Counted from the stretch's first letter, positions 1 through 10,500 are shown. The stretch is 44,096 nucleotides of DNA from Phormidesmis sp. (GCA_041745715.1 JBGTIK010000072.1:1-44096), one strand, 5' to 3'. The notes: generated by a model not told the origin, from the sequence alone. Program-made: numbers and translations.

Positions 1-559
1 AGATACAAACGCCATTGATCCATTCAGAACGATACTTACATTGTGTAACTCCTTGTATTACACGGACTTGTGGCGTACTGGGTAACAGTTGCACTTTATG
101 TCCCAAATGTCCAACGTTTTTAGGCGAAGTTTATTGAATCAGTAAAACAAAAAATATCTGTATAATTGTTGGCTTAAACCTGTTTCTCAGTTGTTGTTCG
201 AGGTCAAAGCCAATGCGTTCTTGACGATTCTTAGCGGTGTATTACGGGTATCTGATCCGTTGAAAACGCCTCTGCATATGATAGAAATCGTTGGTATAAA
301 AACGTTAGTCAGTGACATTTTAGGTCAGTCATTTTCCTTTAATGTATCGAGCAAAATTGATGCTGTAGGAATTAGGAAAAAGCCTCTCATATCAACTTCT
401 TAAGGTGTTATCTCAAAAGAGATTAAGGGAATTCAATAGTTACTCAGAAAAAGCCTGATCGCCCAACGTTTAGTCTTTAAACGAATGCTTAGGTAGCTGA
501 GTTTAAGGATCTGCCGAATTCTTTAAATTTACATAGCCTGCGGAACTCAACTTTAAGAT

Positions 560-838
560 ATGGAAAGTTCAACAAATCGATCTCTACCTGATAGTGATGT
601 CGGCATCTACGAATGTGAAGTGCGTCTCAAGTTTCGCATCATTGAGGAAGGTCTCATGATGACAAATCAAGAAGAGCTGGTAGAGACGTTAGTCGATGCC
701 TTTGCCTACGGTAGCGATGAATATTTAGAAGCCCTTGATAGCCATGTGGCTATTCATCAGCTTCAAGATGTGGCTCAAGCTTCTCCGGCCATGCGTCGGC
801 AGCTCATTCGTCTGCGCAACTCTAGCCGCCTTGCCTAA
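560..838 (+). CDS. Npun_R1517-family small protein (putative regulator)
   Basis: 92 aa; GIYECEVRLKFRIIEE...DEYLE...SPAMRRQLIRLRN resembles the cyanobacterial Npun_R1517 family. Confidence 0.75.
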   Translation: MESSTNRSLPDSDVGIYECEVRLKFRIIEEGLMMTNQEELVETLVDAFAYGSDEYLEALDSHVAIHQLQDVAQASPAMRRQLIRLRNSSRLA

Positions 839-873
839 AGCAACTACCCACTTAGCAAATGCTAAATCAATAG

Positions 874-907
874 CCAACACAGCCCACACACCAACACAGC
901 TCACACA
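874..907. repeat. 17-bp tandem duplication
   Basis: ccaacacagcccacaca / ccaacacagctcacaca. Confidence 0.85.
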
Positions 908-984
908 TTAGTGCTAGGCAAATTTGGCTTCAAGCGTTAAAAGTATCAACTTAGATAAGCCATCAGAAAAAATACTATTAAAGT

Positions 985-1014
985 TTGACACAACGCACAG
1001 ATAGCGGTTACCCT
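985..1014 (+). promoter_or_regulatory. Putative sigma70 promoter of tRNA-Glu
   Basis: TTGACA (985-990), 18-bp spacer, TACCCT (1009-1014), 21 nt before the tRNA. Confidence 0.55.
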
Positions 1015-1035
1015 TATAAAGGTTCAAATACATGC

Positions 1036-1108
1036 GCCCCCATCGTCTAGAGGCCTAGGACACCTCCCTTTCACGGAGGCGACAGGGATTCGAATTCCCT
1101 TGGGGGTA
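1036..1108 (+). tRNA. trnE: tRNA-Glu(TTC)
   Basis: GCCCCC/GGGGGT acceptor stem, anticodon arm CCTCC-CTTTCAC-GGAGG, T-loop TTCGAAT; CCA not encoded. Confidence 0.97.
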
Positions 1109-1123
1109 TGTCAATAAAGCGTT

Positions 1124-1159
1124 ACCTTACAGGCCATTCGGCCTGTAAGGTTTTGTTTG
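1124..1159 (+). terminator. Rho-independent terminator after tRNA-Glu
   Basis: Perfect 12-bp stem accttacaggcc-attc-ggcctgtaaggt followed by a T-rich tail. Confidence 0.85.
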
Positions 1160-1461
1160 TCTGCTAGGGCGTTGGTGTCGCTAGCCGTAACTTTAAATAG
1201 ACCCCACGCTATTAACTCAACAAGTTCTTCAAGCGGCCATTCTCTGTACGGGGCGTTGCTGATTTAGAGTATGAATTGAATGCTGAACTATTTGAAAGCT
1301 CGTTCAAACCTGGGAAAAATCATCCCGATATTTAGCACCGACTTCACGACTTCAATAGAGTCCACAACCGATTAATCGATTGCTGACGGCTATCAACGAA
1401 TGGTGGAATTCGACATTATCAATACGGCCAAGCTTAATCAAAGATGATGATCAAGGGCCAA

Positions 1462-1534
1462 TGCCAGGAGGCGGATTTGAACCGCCGACACGAGGATTTT
1501 CAATCCACTGCTCTACCAACTGAGCTATCCCGGC
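1462..1534 (-). tRNA. trnF: tRNA-Phe(GAA)
   Basis: Reverse complement GCCGGGATAGCTCAGTTGGTAGAGCAGTGGATTGAAAATCCTCGTGTCGGCGGTTCAAATCCGCCTCCTGGCA folds as a cloverleaf with a GAA anticodon. Confidence 0.95.
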
Positions 1535-1677
1535 ATGCGTTTTTTGCGCTTAACCAAAGTAGCAAACTAGGGGGACGCTCGCAAGAAAGTTTTTGAAGGC
1601 ATCAGTCAATTAGAAAAACTAGCATTTAGTTGACTCAGGCCCTAAACAGTGCTGAAAAAAAAGATTGGATCAAAAAA

Positions 1678-2121
1678 CTAGATCGGGCGTAAACGGGCGA
1701 CTTTAACGGTGAAAGGGCCAGCGCCTTCACCCGCATAAGAACGAACACGGACGGTGTACTTGCCAGCTTCGCTAATACGAGCAAAGAGTAAGGAATTAGT
1801 GCTGCCATCGGGGCCGTCGTCATTTTCGCTGACAGTGACTCCACTGGCATCCATGAGGGTTACGAGTGTATCAAAGTCGCTAGAAATCGCGTCGATAGTA
1901 ACTTGATCGCCAGCTTCAAGCGTGATGACGTAGTCTTTGGCGAAGCCACCAAAGCCAGTGGGAATATCGTCAGTTGTCAGCGTCGCGCTCACTTCTTCAC
2001 GGCCGATCACAGGGGGGTTGTAAAGCTGGGCTTCGGCGCGAGCGGTGCCTAGCGTAGCGCTCAGGCTAATGGGAAATAGTGTGGCCGGAAATAGGAGCAA
2101 TCTAAATTTGGTCGGTTTCAT
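1678..2121 (-). CDS. Secreted PPC (pre-peptidase C-terminal) domain protein
   Basis: Signal peptide; DYVITLEAGDQVTI...SSDFDT...ENDD...GKYTVRVRSY PPC pattern. Confidence 0.8.
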   Translation of the reverse strand: MKPTKFRLLLFPATLFPISLSATLGTARAEAQLYNPPVIGREEVSATLTTDDIPTGFGGFAKDYVITLEAGDQVTIDAISSDFDTLVTLMDASGVTVSENDDGPDGSTNSLLFARISEAGKYTVRVRSYAGEGAGPFTVKVARLRPI

Positions 2122-2199
2122 AGAAGATAATTCAGTAAATAGAACTGGACAACCAATATCAACGCTGATTGATGTCAGTAATTATGGCTTACTGAGCTC

Positions 2200-2433
2200 T
2201 TAGGCGTCACCTGTAGGGACCTCAGACTTGTAGTAGTCGTCAGCGGAGATTGTGGCTTCTTTGGCCTGCTGGTTAATGCAGCCGGGTTTTTGATTAAATT
2301 GACATACTCTGGCCCAAAGTTTGGTGCGAGTACCGGACGGGCCAGAGGAAAAGAGGACGCGATCGCCACCGGGGCTACCGACCACGATTTTCACGCTGCA
2401 AATCGGACAAGTTTGAGGGGTAGAGTCTGCCAT
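2200..2433 (-). CDS. Conserved small cyanobacterial Cys-containing hypothetical protein
   Basis: CPICSVKI...DRVLFSSG...LWARVCQF...CIN; four Cys, possibly metal-binding. Confidence 0.7.
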   Translation of the reverse strand: MADSTPQTCPICSVKIVVGSPGGDRVLFSSGPSGTRTKLWARVCQFNQKPGCINQQAKEATISADDYYKSEVPTGDA

Positions 2434-2625
2434 AACGGGTCAAGAGGTAGAAGACGTTCTTAAGAAAGCCTGCTTAACTTTTTGTTAGGTCGGTTTTGGT
2501 AAGCGAAGGTTGTCAGGCTAATCATGAAGTAAGCCTATCAAAACGACGGTTCACACTTGCTTTAAGATCTTTAAACATTTTATTTCTCCATCATTTTCTA
2601 CCGGCGGATTAGATCGCTCGTTGCT

Positions 2626-3123
2626 ATGCCTCTACCACTGTCCTCTTCATCTCCAGGATCGGCCTCGCTGAATCGGCTTCGCCAAATCAGTCACGTTCTT
2701 GATAATGCTATCGGCATTCCGGGATCTGATATCCGCATTGGGCTCGATCCAATTTTAGGTTTGCTGCCCGGTGGCGGCGATGTGCTCACTGGCCTAATGA
2801 GCGTTTATATCGTCTACGAAGGAGCCAAAATGGGCCTGCCTGCGGCGACGCTGGGTCGCATGGGATTTAATATTGTGCTAGATACGCTTTCAGGCACTGT
2901 GCCTGTGCTGGGCGATTTATTTGACGTGACTTGGAAAGCCAACAGTCAAAATGTGGCGCTGCTAGAAAAGCACATTGCCAACCCAACCCCTAGTCGTGCA
3001 GCAGATCGATTGTTTGCGGGCGTGGTGATTGTGGCTCTGCTGGCGCTGGTGATTGGGATGGCAGCGCTGTCGTTTTGGATTGTTAAAAGTCTGCTGAGTT
3101 TAGGAATGCAACTCGGCCAGTGA
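2626..3123 (+). CDS. DUF4112 membrane protein
   Basis: LDNAIGIPG...GLDPILGLLPGGGD...PVLGDLFDVTWKAN motif. Confidence 0.88.
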   Translation: MPLPLSSSSPGSASLNRLRQISHVLDNAIGIPGSDIRIGLDPILGLLPGGGDVLTGLMSVYIVYEGAKMGLPAATLGRMGFNIVLDTLSGTVPVLGDLFDVTWKANSQNVALLEKHIANPTPSRAADRLFAGVVIVALLALVIGMAALSFWIVKSLLSLGMQLGQ

Positions 3124-3153
3124 GATACTACATTCACGGCACTGTACGGCGGC

Positions 3154-3213
3154 AATCTGGCCTTAAACTTGGCTCAAAATCTGGCCTAAAGCTTGGCCTA
3201 AAATCTGGCTTAT
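3154..3213. repeat. Five degenerate 12-bp tandem units
   Basis: aatctggcctta / aacttggctcaa / aatctggcctaa / agcttggcctaa / aatctggcttat. Confidence 0.8.
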
Positions 3214-3261
3214 TGAGGCGCAAGCGGCTATGGCATAATGGTTCGACTTACGGGATTTTAG

Positions 3262-4452
3262 ATGGTAGTGAAGCAGTTCACGGCAGATATTGTTGGCCCT
3301 GATCAGTCGGTTGAATTAGAAGTTTCGGTTCCTGATGTTGAGAGTGATCTGAGCGATTATGAGTTTCATCAGCAGGTTAATGTGGCTTGGCAGGTGTGTG
3401 ATCGCTTTGATTTGCAGACCGATATTTGGCGCGGACGGATATTGCGGGTGGTGCGCGATCGCGAGAAGCGCGGCAGCACCGTCAAAAGTAATGGCAGCGG
3501 CAGTGCTGATGCCGATACCAGCGATAACGGCCCCAATAACGGCAAAGGCATCGGCTTTTTAAACTGGCTCAAAGACAAAGACGTGAGCAAAAGCCAAGCC
3601 TACGTCCTGATAGATCTCGCCAACAGCGCCGATCAGATGATCGAAGACGGTCTCATCGAAACCAAAGACGTCAATCGCTTCAGCAAACGCGCCTTTATTG
3701 AAACCGCCCACGCTTCGCCGGAAGTGCAGCAAATTGTCACCGAAGCAGCCCGCCGAGGCGAGCAGATCACCCGCAAAGAAGTCAAAACGCTCTCCGATGA
3801 CTGGACGGCGATTAACTCCACCCTCATTCCTGAATCAGTGCGCTCAAAAGCCGCCGACAATACCATTCCGGCCCGCTATGTGACGCCGCTGGTAAAAGAA
3901 ATGGAAAAGCTGCCGCCCGCTCACCAGCAGACCTTAAGAAACGAAGTCGATGAAAATCCTGACGTCGAAACTCTTAAGCAGGTGACCGCCGAGGCCAAGT
4001 ACCTGTCGCGCTACATCGAAGCGGCTAGTCAGGTGCAATCGCTCGATGCCGCTCAAGTCAATCTAGAGCTAGCGTTAGATGAAGCCCTGCGTGTCGGCTG
4101 CTTAAATTCTGCTGCCGATTTGGTCAATCAGGCCACACAGCTAGAGCAGGCCGCCGTGAAGCTGTACACCGCTTGGAAACGGATAAATAAGCTTGCTGAT
4201 CGGGTCTATGTCGATAGCGGTGAAAGCACCCCGCACTTGCGATCGCTCCTCAACGCCCTCGCTCCTTTATGCAGCGATCTGATAGAAGTCCAGCTAGGCG
4301 ATGCTGAGAGCGCCAACAGTCGCAGAATTCGGCTAAAAATGCTGCCCGAAGAAGCCGCCGTTGAGCGGGCGAGAGAGGGCATCGTGGAGGGCAGCCTTGA
4401 CGATGCCATTGACATCAAGGCCGAAGCCATGCCAATAAGATTTACCAATTAA
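3262..4452 (+). CDS. Conserved cyanobacterial hypothetical protein, largely helical
   Basis: 396-aa ORF with AWQVCDRFDLQTDIWRGRILR, FLNWL and FSKRAF blocks; function unknown. Confidence 0.8.
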   Translation: MVVKQFTADIVGPDQSVELEVSVPDVESDLSDYEFHQQVNVAWQVCDRFDLQTDIWRGRILRVVRDREKRGSTVKSNGSGSADADTSDNGPNNGKGIGFLNWLKDKDVSKSQAYVLIDLANSADQMIEDGLIETKDVNRFSKRAFIETAHASPEVQQIVTEAARRGEQITRKEVKTLSDDWTAINSTLIPESVRSKAADNTIPARYVTPLVKEMEKLPPAHQQTLRNEVDENPDVETLKQVTAEAKYLSRYIEAASQVQSLDAAQVNLELALDEALRVGCLNSAADLVNQATQLEQAAVKLYTAWKRINKLADRVYVDSGESTPHLRSLLNALAPLCSDLIEVQLGDAESANSRRIRLKMLPEEAAVERAREGIVEGSLDDAIDIKAEAMPIRFTN

Positions 4453-5170
4453 TTAAGCCTTTTAATTGAGCGCTGAAGCCGTGATGTCGCTGCGGGCTTG
4501 TTATCTCACTGGCTCGCAGCGCTGGCATGATTTCTGGTACAAATAGCCTAGTCATCTATCACCGCGCTTTTTTCGTTCACCCATTTTGGGTACTGTCCCC
4601 TTGCCATTGGCCGTTGATCGCAATCTATGGGAGGGTAAGTGATACCATCGTCCTACGGATGGTCGGGAAATATCTGTTCCCCGAGACTAGACGTGAGGGC
4701 CATCCATAGTACGTTGAGTGAAGGCTCGACCTATGGATTGTTCAAAACTAGTTGCGGTGACTACCGGCGTCATATCTATGCTATTGGCCATAGGCTATCT
4801 AGTCCTGGCGCAGATCCTAGGTTTTTGTCTGGGCCTGTTGGCCAAACCCTATCTACCGTCCTGTCTACCGTGTATGGAATTCAGAGGGTAATTAACCGTT
4901 CCCATTACCTATACTAGTATTCTAGAATGCGCTTAGGCAGACCTCCTGAGATAAAGGAGGTATCCGCTATTTTCCCGCTGTAATAGTTCTGGCTATGGTG
5001 CCGATGAGGCCACGATCAAGTCTGCTGCCCTTGAGAGCTTGCCTAGCTAAACTAGATGCTGGGTGCGTATCCCTTAGATCCTGGGGTGATCACAGGGCAG
5101 CGAGATCGCAGCGGTGTGGCTGGTGCACTGTTGCCAGCTACACTACTCCGATTTTCTCAAGACTGTGGAT

Positions 5171-7543
5171 ATGTTGAACCAGGAGCTAAATCAGGAGTTG
5201 TTACAGCCATTGCCGAATGCTACGAACCCAAATGCGACGGCCCCGAATGCGACGACATTTGTGGAGCTATTGACCTGGCGGGCCCAGAACAACCCACAAG
5301 GCACGGCCTATCGGTTTCTAACGGAGGGTACTCCAGAGATAGCTCAGGTGATCACCTACGGGGCGCTTCAGCAGAAAGCCCAGGAGATCGCCGTACTGCT
5401 GCAAGATTTAAATTGCCAGAACCAGCCCGTGCTGTTGCTCTATCCCGCCGGGCTAGACTACATTGCGGCCTTTTTTGGCTGTCTCTATGCCGGGGCGATC
5501 GCAGTGCCAGCTTACCCACCCCGCCCTAACCGCTCCTTGGATCGCATTCAGGCCATGGTGCAAGATGCTGGGGCTACCGTCGCCCTGACTGACAACGCCA
5601 CCCTCCAAAAGCTAGAGCGACGACTGGTCGAAACACCCCATCTGCGGTCGCTCTACTGTCTGAGTACCGATGACTTGCAGTCCAATCTGGCCCAGCAGTG
5701 GTGCCCTCCGGTAGTCAATCCCCACACCCTGGCCCTGTTGCAGTACACCTCTGGATCGACGGCCCTGCCGAAGGGGGTCATGATCAGCCACGACAACCTG
5801 CTGCACAATTCTGAACTGATTAGCCGCTGCTTTGGCAACACTGCTACCAGTCGAGGAGTTTCCTGGCTGCCCCCGTACCACGACATGGGACTAGTAGGCG
5901 GTATTTTGCAGCCCCTCTATGTCGGGGCCGAAATGACCCTGATGGCTCCCGTCTCATTTTTACAGCGCCCGGTGCGCTGGCTAGAGGCCATTTCCCACTA
6001 CCGAGCTACTACCAGCGGCGGGCCCAACTTTGCCTACGACCTCTGCGTACAAAAAACCACCCTGGAGCAGCGTCAGACGCTGGATCTCAGGGCTTGGGAA
6101 CTTGCCTTCACCGGAGCCGAGCCCATCCACCAGAAAACCCTAGATAAATTCGCTGAAGCCTTTGGCCCCAGAGGCTTTAGCCCCCAGGCGTTTTATCCCT
6201 GTTACGGCATGGCTGAAACCACTCTGCTGGTCACCGGAGAATCGGGGCAGCCCCAGCCCCAGCCCCTCACCCTCAAGGCCAGTGACCTGCAAAACAACCG
6301 GGTCACTCGGGTGGCCCCCACCAATGCCCATGCCGCTCGGCCTATTGTCGGCTGTGGCCAGCCCGCCATCCCAAATCAGGTGTGCATTGTTGATCCAGAT
6401 AGCCACCGCCTCTGCCCTCCTGACACTATTGGAGAAATTTGGGTTCGCCATTCTCGCAGCATTGCCCAGGGCTACTGGGGGCGGGAAACGGCTACCCTAG
6501 AGACCTTCAAGGCTACCCTAGTCGACAGTGGGGAAGGCCCCTTTTTGCGCACCGGGGATCTGGGCTTTTTACAGGGAGACGATCTGTATGTCACCGGTCG
6601 TCTCAAAGACCTGATTATTATTCGAGGCCGCAACCACTATCCCCAGGATATTGAGGCCACTGCCGAGCAGGCTCATGATGCCCTGCGTCCGGGGGGTGGA
6701 GCAGCCTTTGCGGTGGAATGGGCCGATGCCGAGCACTTGGTAATTGTCCATGAGTTGAAGCGTACAGCTTTGCGTAACGCTGACCCCGAAGGTGTGGTGG
6801 CGGCTCTGCGTCGTGCTATTGCCGAAGATCACGACTTGCAGGTAGGGGCGATTCTGTTGCTGAAGCCCAACGCCATATCCAAGACTTCTAGCGGCAAGGT
6901 GCAGCGCCATCTGTGCCGATCAATGTTTTTAGATGGGCAGTTTGAGGTGGTCTACAGCTGGTCGGCAGCAACGGCGAGGGAGGCGTTGGGAACCGAGGAG
7001 AAACTGATTGCCGTAGAGTCCCTGGTCACGGCTGAGGAGGATAGAGAAGATAGGGGCATATCAGAGGGCCATCAGGGCGAGGAGAAAAGGGTTGCCGCTC
7101 AGTCCTCTACTCTAGTGGCCTCTCCTCCAGTGGCCTCTGCTCCAATGGCCTTGGCAACGGATTTAGGGACACCGGTTGCGATCGCAGATTGGATGGTCAC
7201 CTGGCTAGCCACTACCTTAAAGGTACCCAAGGCATCTCTGGATGTGCGGCAACCCTTGGCCGAGCACGGCCTCGATTCCCTGACGGCGGTAGAGCTGGCC
7301 CAGGCGTTGGATTCGGCTCTGGGCGTCTCCCTTTCCCCTACTCTGGTCTATGAATATCCCACCATCGAGGCGTTATCTGTCTATCTGGCCTCGGCCCAGT
7401 CGGCGGCGGCGGCTCCAGAGGTAATGCTGTCAGAACAGGCCCATACCGATACCGAAGTTGAGAGTTTGATGCGAGAACTTGGCCTGCTCTCAGACGCTGA
7501 AATTCAAGCCCTGTTAAGCACCCCAAGCATTGAGTGGAGTTAA
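5171..7543 (+). CDS. Fatty acyl-AMP ligase (FAAL)-ACP loading protein of a split olefin synthase
   Basis: LQYTSGSTALPKGV, SWLPPYHDMGL, YPCYGMAETTL and FLRTGDLG FAAL motifs; ACP HGLDSLTAVEL; C-terminal docking-like helix. ATG 5171 preferred over GTG 5114. Confidence 0.92.
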   Translation: MLNQELNQELLQPLPNATNPNATAPNATTFVELLTWRAQNNPQGTAYRFLTEGTPEIAQVITYGALQQKAQEIAVLLQDLNCQNQPVLLLYPAGLDYIAAFFGCLYAGAIAVPAYPPRPNRSLDRIQAMVQDAGATVALTDNATLQKLERRLVETPHLRSLYCLSTDDLQSNLAQQWCPPVVNPHTLALLQYTSGSTALPKGVMISHDNLLHNSELISRCFGNTATSRGVSWLPPYHDMGLVGGILQPLYVGAEMTLMAPVSFLQRPVRWLEAISHYRATTSGGPNFAYDLCVQKTTLEQRQTLDLRAWELAFTGAEPIHQKTLDKFAEAFGPRGFSPQAFYPCYGMAETTLLVTGESGQPQPQPLTLKASDLQNNRVTRVAPTNAHAARPIVGCGQPAIPNQVCIVDPDSHRLCPPDTIGEIWVRHSRSIAQGYWGRETATLETFKATLVDSGEGPFLRTGDLGFLQGDDLYVTGRLKDLIIIRGRNHYPQDIEATAEQAHDALRPGGGAAFAVEWADAEHLVIVHELKRTALRNADPEGVVAALRRAIAEDHDLQVGAILLLKPNAISKTSSGKVQRHLCRSMFLDGQFEVVYSWSAATAREALGTEEKLIAVESLVTAEEDREDRGISEGHQGEEKRVAAQSSTLVASPPVASAPMALATDLGTPVAIADWMVTWLATTLKVPKASLDVRQPLAEHGLDSLTAVELAQALDSALGVSLSPTLVYEYPTIEALSVYLASAQSAAAAPEVMLSEQAHTDTEVESLMRELGLLSDAEIQALLSTPSIEWS

Positions 7544-7554
7544 GGAGTAAGCCT

Positions 7555-10500
7555 GTGAACGATTTGGCCCGGCGAATTGATAATCTTTCGCCAGAGCAAC
7601 GCCTGTTGTTAGCGGTGCAGCTCGGGGACGCTAGAGGTGTCCCCGAGCCGATCGCCATTATCGGCATGGGCTGTCGTTTCCCCGGCGCGCCCAATCTGCG
7701 GGCTTACTGGCAATTGCTCACCCAGGGCCAAGATGCGATCTGCGAAGTACCCCGTGATCGCTGGCCCTTGGACGACTTTTATGACGCCGACCCAACCCAA
7801 CCGGGCAAACACTATTGCCGCCAGGGAGGCTTTCTCGATCAGATCGATCAGTTTGACCCTGAGTTTTTTGGTATTGCCCCCCGTGAAGCGGCCTACATTG
7901 ACCCCCAGCAGCGGCTCTTGCTAGAGGTGATGTGGGAAGCCCTAGAGGATGCGGCGATTGTGCCCCAAGATTTGAGCGGTACCAAAACCGGGGTGTTTGT
8001 CGGGGCCTCTACCCTCGACTATGGCCAACTATTGCTTCAGCAAAACGACCAGATCGGTGCCTACACCACCACGGGGCTAGCCACCACCATGCTGGCCAAT
8101 CGGATCTCCTACCTGCTCAATTTCCAGGGGCCCAGCCTATCGGTAGATACTGCCTGCTCCTCTTCGCTAGTAGCGGTGCATTTGGCCTGCCAGAGCCTCT
8201 GGCGAGGCGAGTCTAGTCTGGCTCTGGTCGGGGGCGTCAATGTCATGGTCACTCCGTCCCTGACCATTGGATTTAGCAAACTCACGGCCCTGTCTCCCGA
8301 TGGCCGTTGCAAAGCCTTTGATGCTGCCGCCAATGGGTTTGTCAGAGCCGAGGGAGCAGGCACGGTGGTGCTAAAACCGCTGTCTCAAGCCTTGGCCCAG
8401 GGCGATCGCATCTATGCTCTGATTCGCGGCGGCGCTATCAACCAAGATGGCCGCACCAACGGCCTCACCGCCCCCAATCGCGAATCCCAGGAGCAGGTGC
8501 TGCGCGATGCCTATCGGCAGGCCCGGGTGCCTTTGGCCCAAGTCAGCTATATCGAAGCCCACGGCACGGGCACCCTGCTGGGCGACCCCATTGAGGCCAA
8601 GGCTTTAGGCAATGTGTTTAGCCCCACCCATGCTGAGGGGCAGCCGATTCACATTGGGTCAGTAAAGAGCAATATTGGCCACACCGAAGCCGCTGCCGGT
8701 ATTGCCAGCCTGATTAAAGTGGCCCTGTCCCTCCAGCACCAGACCTGGGTACCTAACCTGCACTTTCATCAGCCCAACCCCTACATTCTTTTTGATCGGC
8801 TGCCCCTTCAAGTGCAGACCGAGACGCAGCCCTGGCCCGAGTTTTCGAAACACGCGATCGCAGGGGTGAGTTCCTTTGGTTTTGGCTGCACCAATGCCCA
8901 CATGGTCTTGCAGGCCCCGCCCCCTATCTCCGCCATAGATCTAGATCTAGAGCGGCCTAGCCATCTCTTGACCCTCTCGGCCCGTAGCGAAACCGCCCTA
9001 CGTTCTCTGGCGAACCAGTACCTGGATCTGCTGCCAGAGCTGCCGGAACAGGACCTAGCCAATCTTTGCTACACCGCTAATACCGGGCGCACCGGGTTCA
9101 ACTATCGGCTGGCCGCGAGGGTTGCCACTCCGGCGGCGCTTCAGTCAGCCCTCGCGGTTTTTGCCGGGGGGGTGGCTACCGACACCGCTAAAACCCTACA
9201 AACCGCCCTGCCGGGGCCAGGAAAAGCACCGGCTGTAGTCTGGCTGTTCACGGGGCAGGGATCCCAGTATCCCGGTATGGGTCAGTTACTCTACCAAACC
9301 CAGCCGGTCTTTCGAGCGGCTCTGGAGCGTTGCGACGAGATTCTTCGTGCCTATTTAGACCGCCCCTTGCTGACGATCCTCTATCCTGACGCCTCGGAGG
9401 ATGGGTTGATTCATCAAACCAACTACACCCAGCCAGCCCTGTTTGCCCTGGAGTATGCCCTGGCTCAGCTCTGGCTATCCTGGGGGGTACAGCCTGCGGC
9501 GGTGTTGGGCCATAGCGTGGGAGAGTATGTGGCGGCCTGCGTGGCTGGGGTGTTTAGCCTAGAGGATGGCCTACGGCTGATTGCTAAACGGGGCCAGCTC
9601 ATGCAGTCGTTACCCGCCAGCGGCATGATGGCCGCGGTCATGGCCGATGCCGAGACAGTAGCCCAAGTGATTGCTTCTTGGGGAGATGAGGTGGCGATCG
9701 CGACCCTGAATGGGCCGCACAATACCGTCATCGCCGGGCTGCGGGAGGACGTGGAACCCCGGTTGGAGGAATTCGCCCATCGCCAGATTGCCGTCACTCC
9801 TTTAGCGGTATCCCACGCCTTTCACTCGTCCCAAATGGAGCCCATTCTAAATGTGTTTGAGCATGTGGCCCACCAGATTGCCTTCCAGACGCCCCGCATT
9901 CCCCTAGTGACCAATCTGACCGGCACCTACTTAGCTCCTGGGGAAACCTTAGATGCTACCTACTGGCGTCGTCATGCCCGCCAGCCGGTACGGTTTGCCG
10001 AAGGCATGGTGGCTTTGCACGAGCAGGGCTACACCCACTTTCTAGAAATTGGCCCCCACCCGGTGCTGTCGCGTTTAGGGCCGCAGTGTTTACCAGCGGC
10101 TAGGGACGGCTGCTGGTTGCCCTCCCTGAGACGGCAGCGGGATGATTGGGCGGTTCTGGGCCAGAGCCTCCAAAAGCTATACCTGGACGGGGTATTGATT
10201 AACTGGCAAGGGTTCGACCAACCCTACCCCCGCCATAAGTTGGCGCTGCCGACCTATCCTTTTCAACGACAGCGCTACTGGGTCGATCTCCCCATTGCCT
10301 CCCAGCCTATTGCCGCTCAGCCCGTTGCTCAAATCGGGGCCCTTGCTTCCACCGATGGTGTTCCGACCCCAGAGCCGACTTCCCGCAGTGCCGCTTATAG
10401 CATTACCTGGCAGCCCCAGTCTCGGCCCGCTCCGACCGCTAAGCCGCGAGCGGGGGCCTGGCTAATGATGGGGGACAGCGATGACCTGTGGCCCCATCTC

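Noticed and set aside
45-62. Possible NtcA site near the window start
   Set aside because: Reads GTA-N8-TAT or GTA-N11-TAC; does not fit the consensus.
191-403. 70-aa TTG-start ORF
   Set aside because: AT-rich intergenic composition, no RBS or recognisable motif.
1160-1461. Possible integrated element between the convergent tRNAs
   Set aside because: No integrase, no duplicated tRNA 3' end and no credible ORF.
3120-3302. 60-aa ORF with SGLKLG repeats
   Set aside because: It is the translation of the 12-bp intergenic repeat and overlaps both neighbours.
4527-4917. Short ORFs as possible ado or aar 5' remnants
   Set aside because: No convincing ADO or AAR motifs by eye; GKYLFPE is too weak to count.
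7534-7555. FAAL/PKS break as a frameshift pseudogene
   Set aside because: A dedicated RBS and docking-like termini indicate two real genes.
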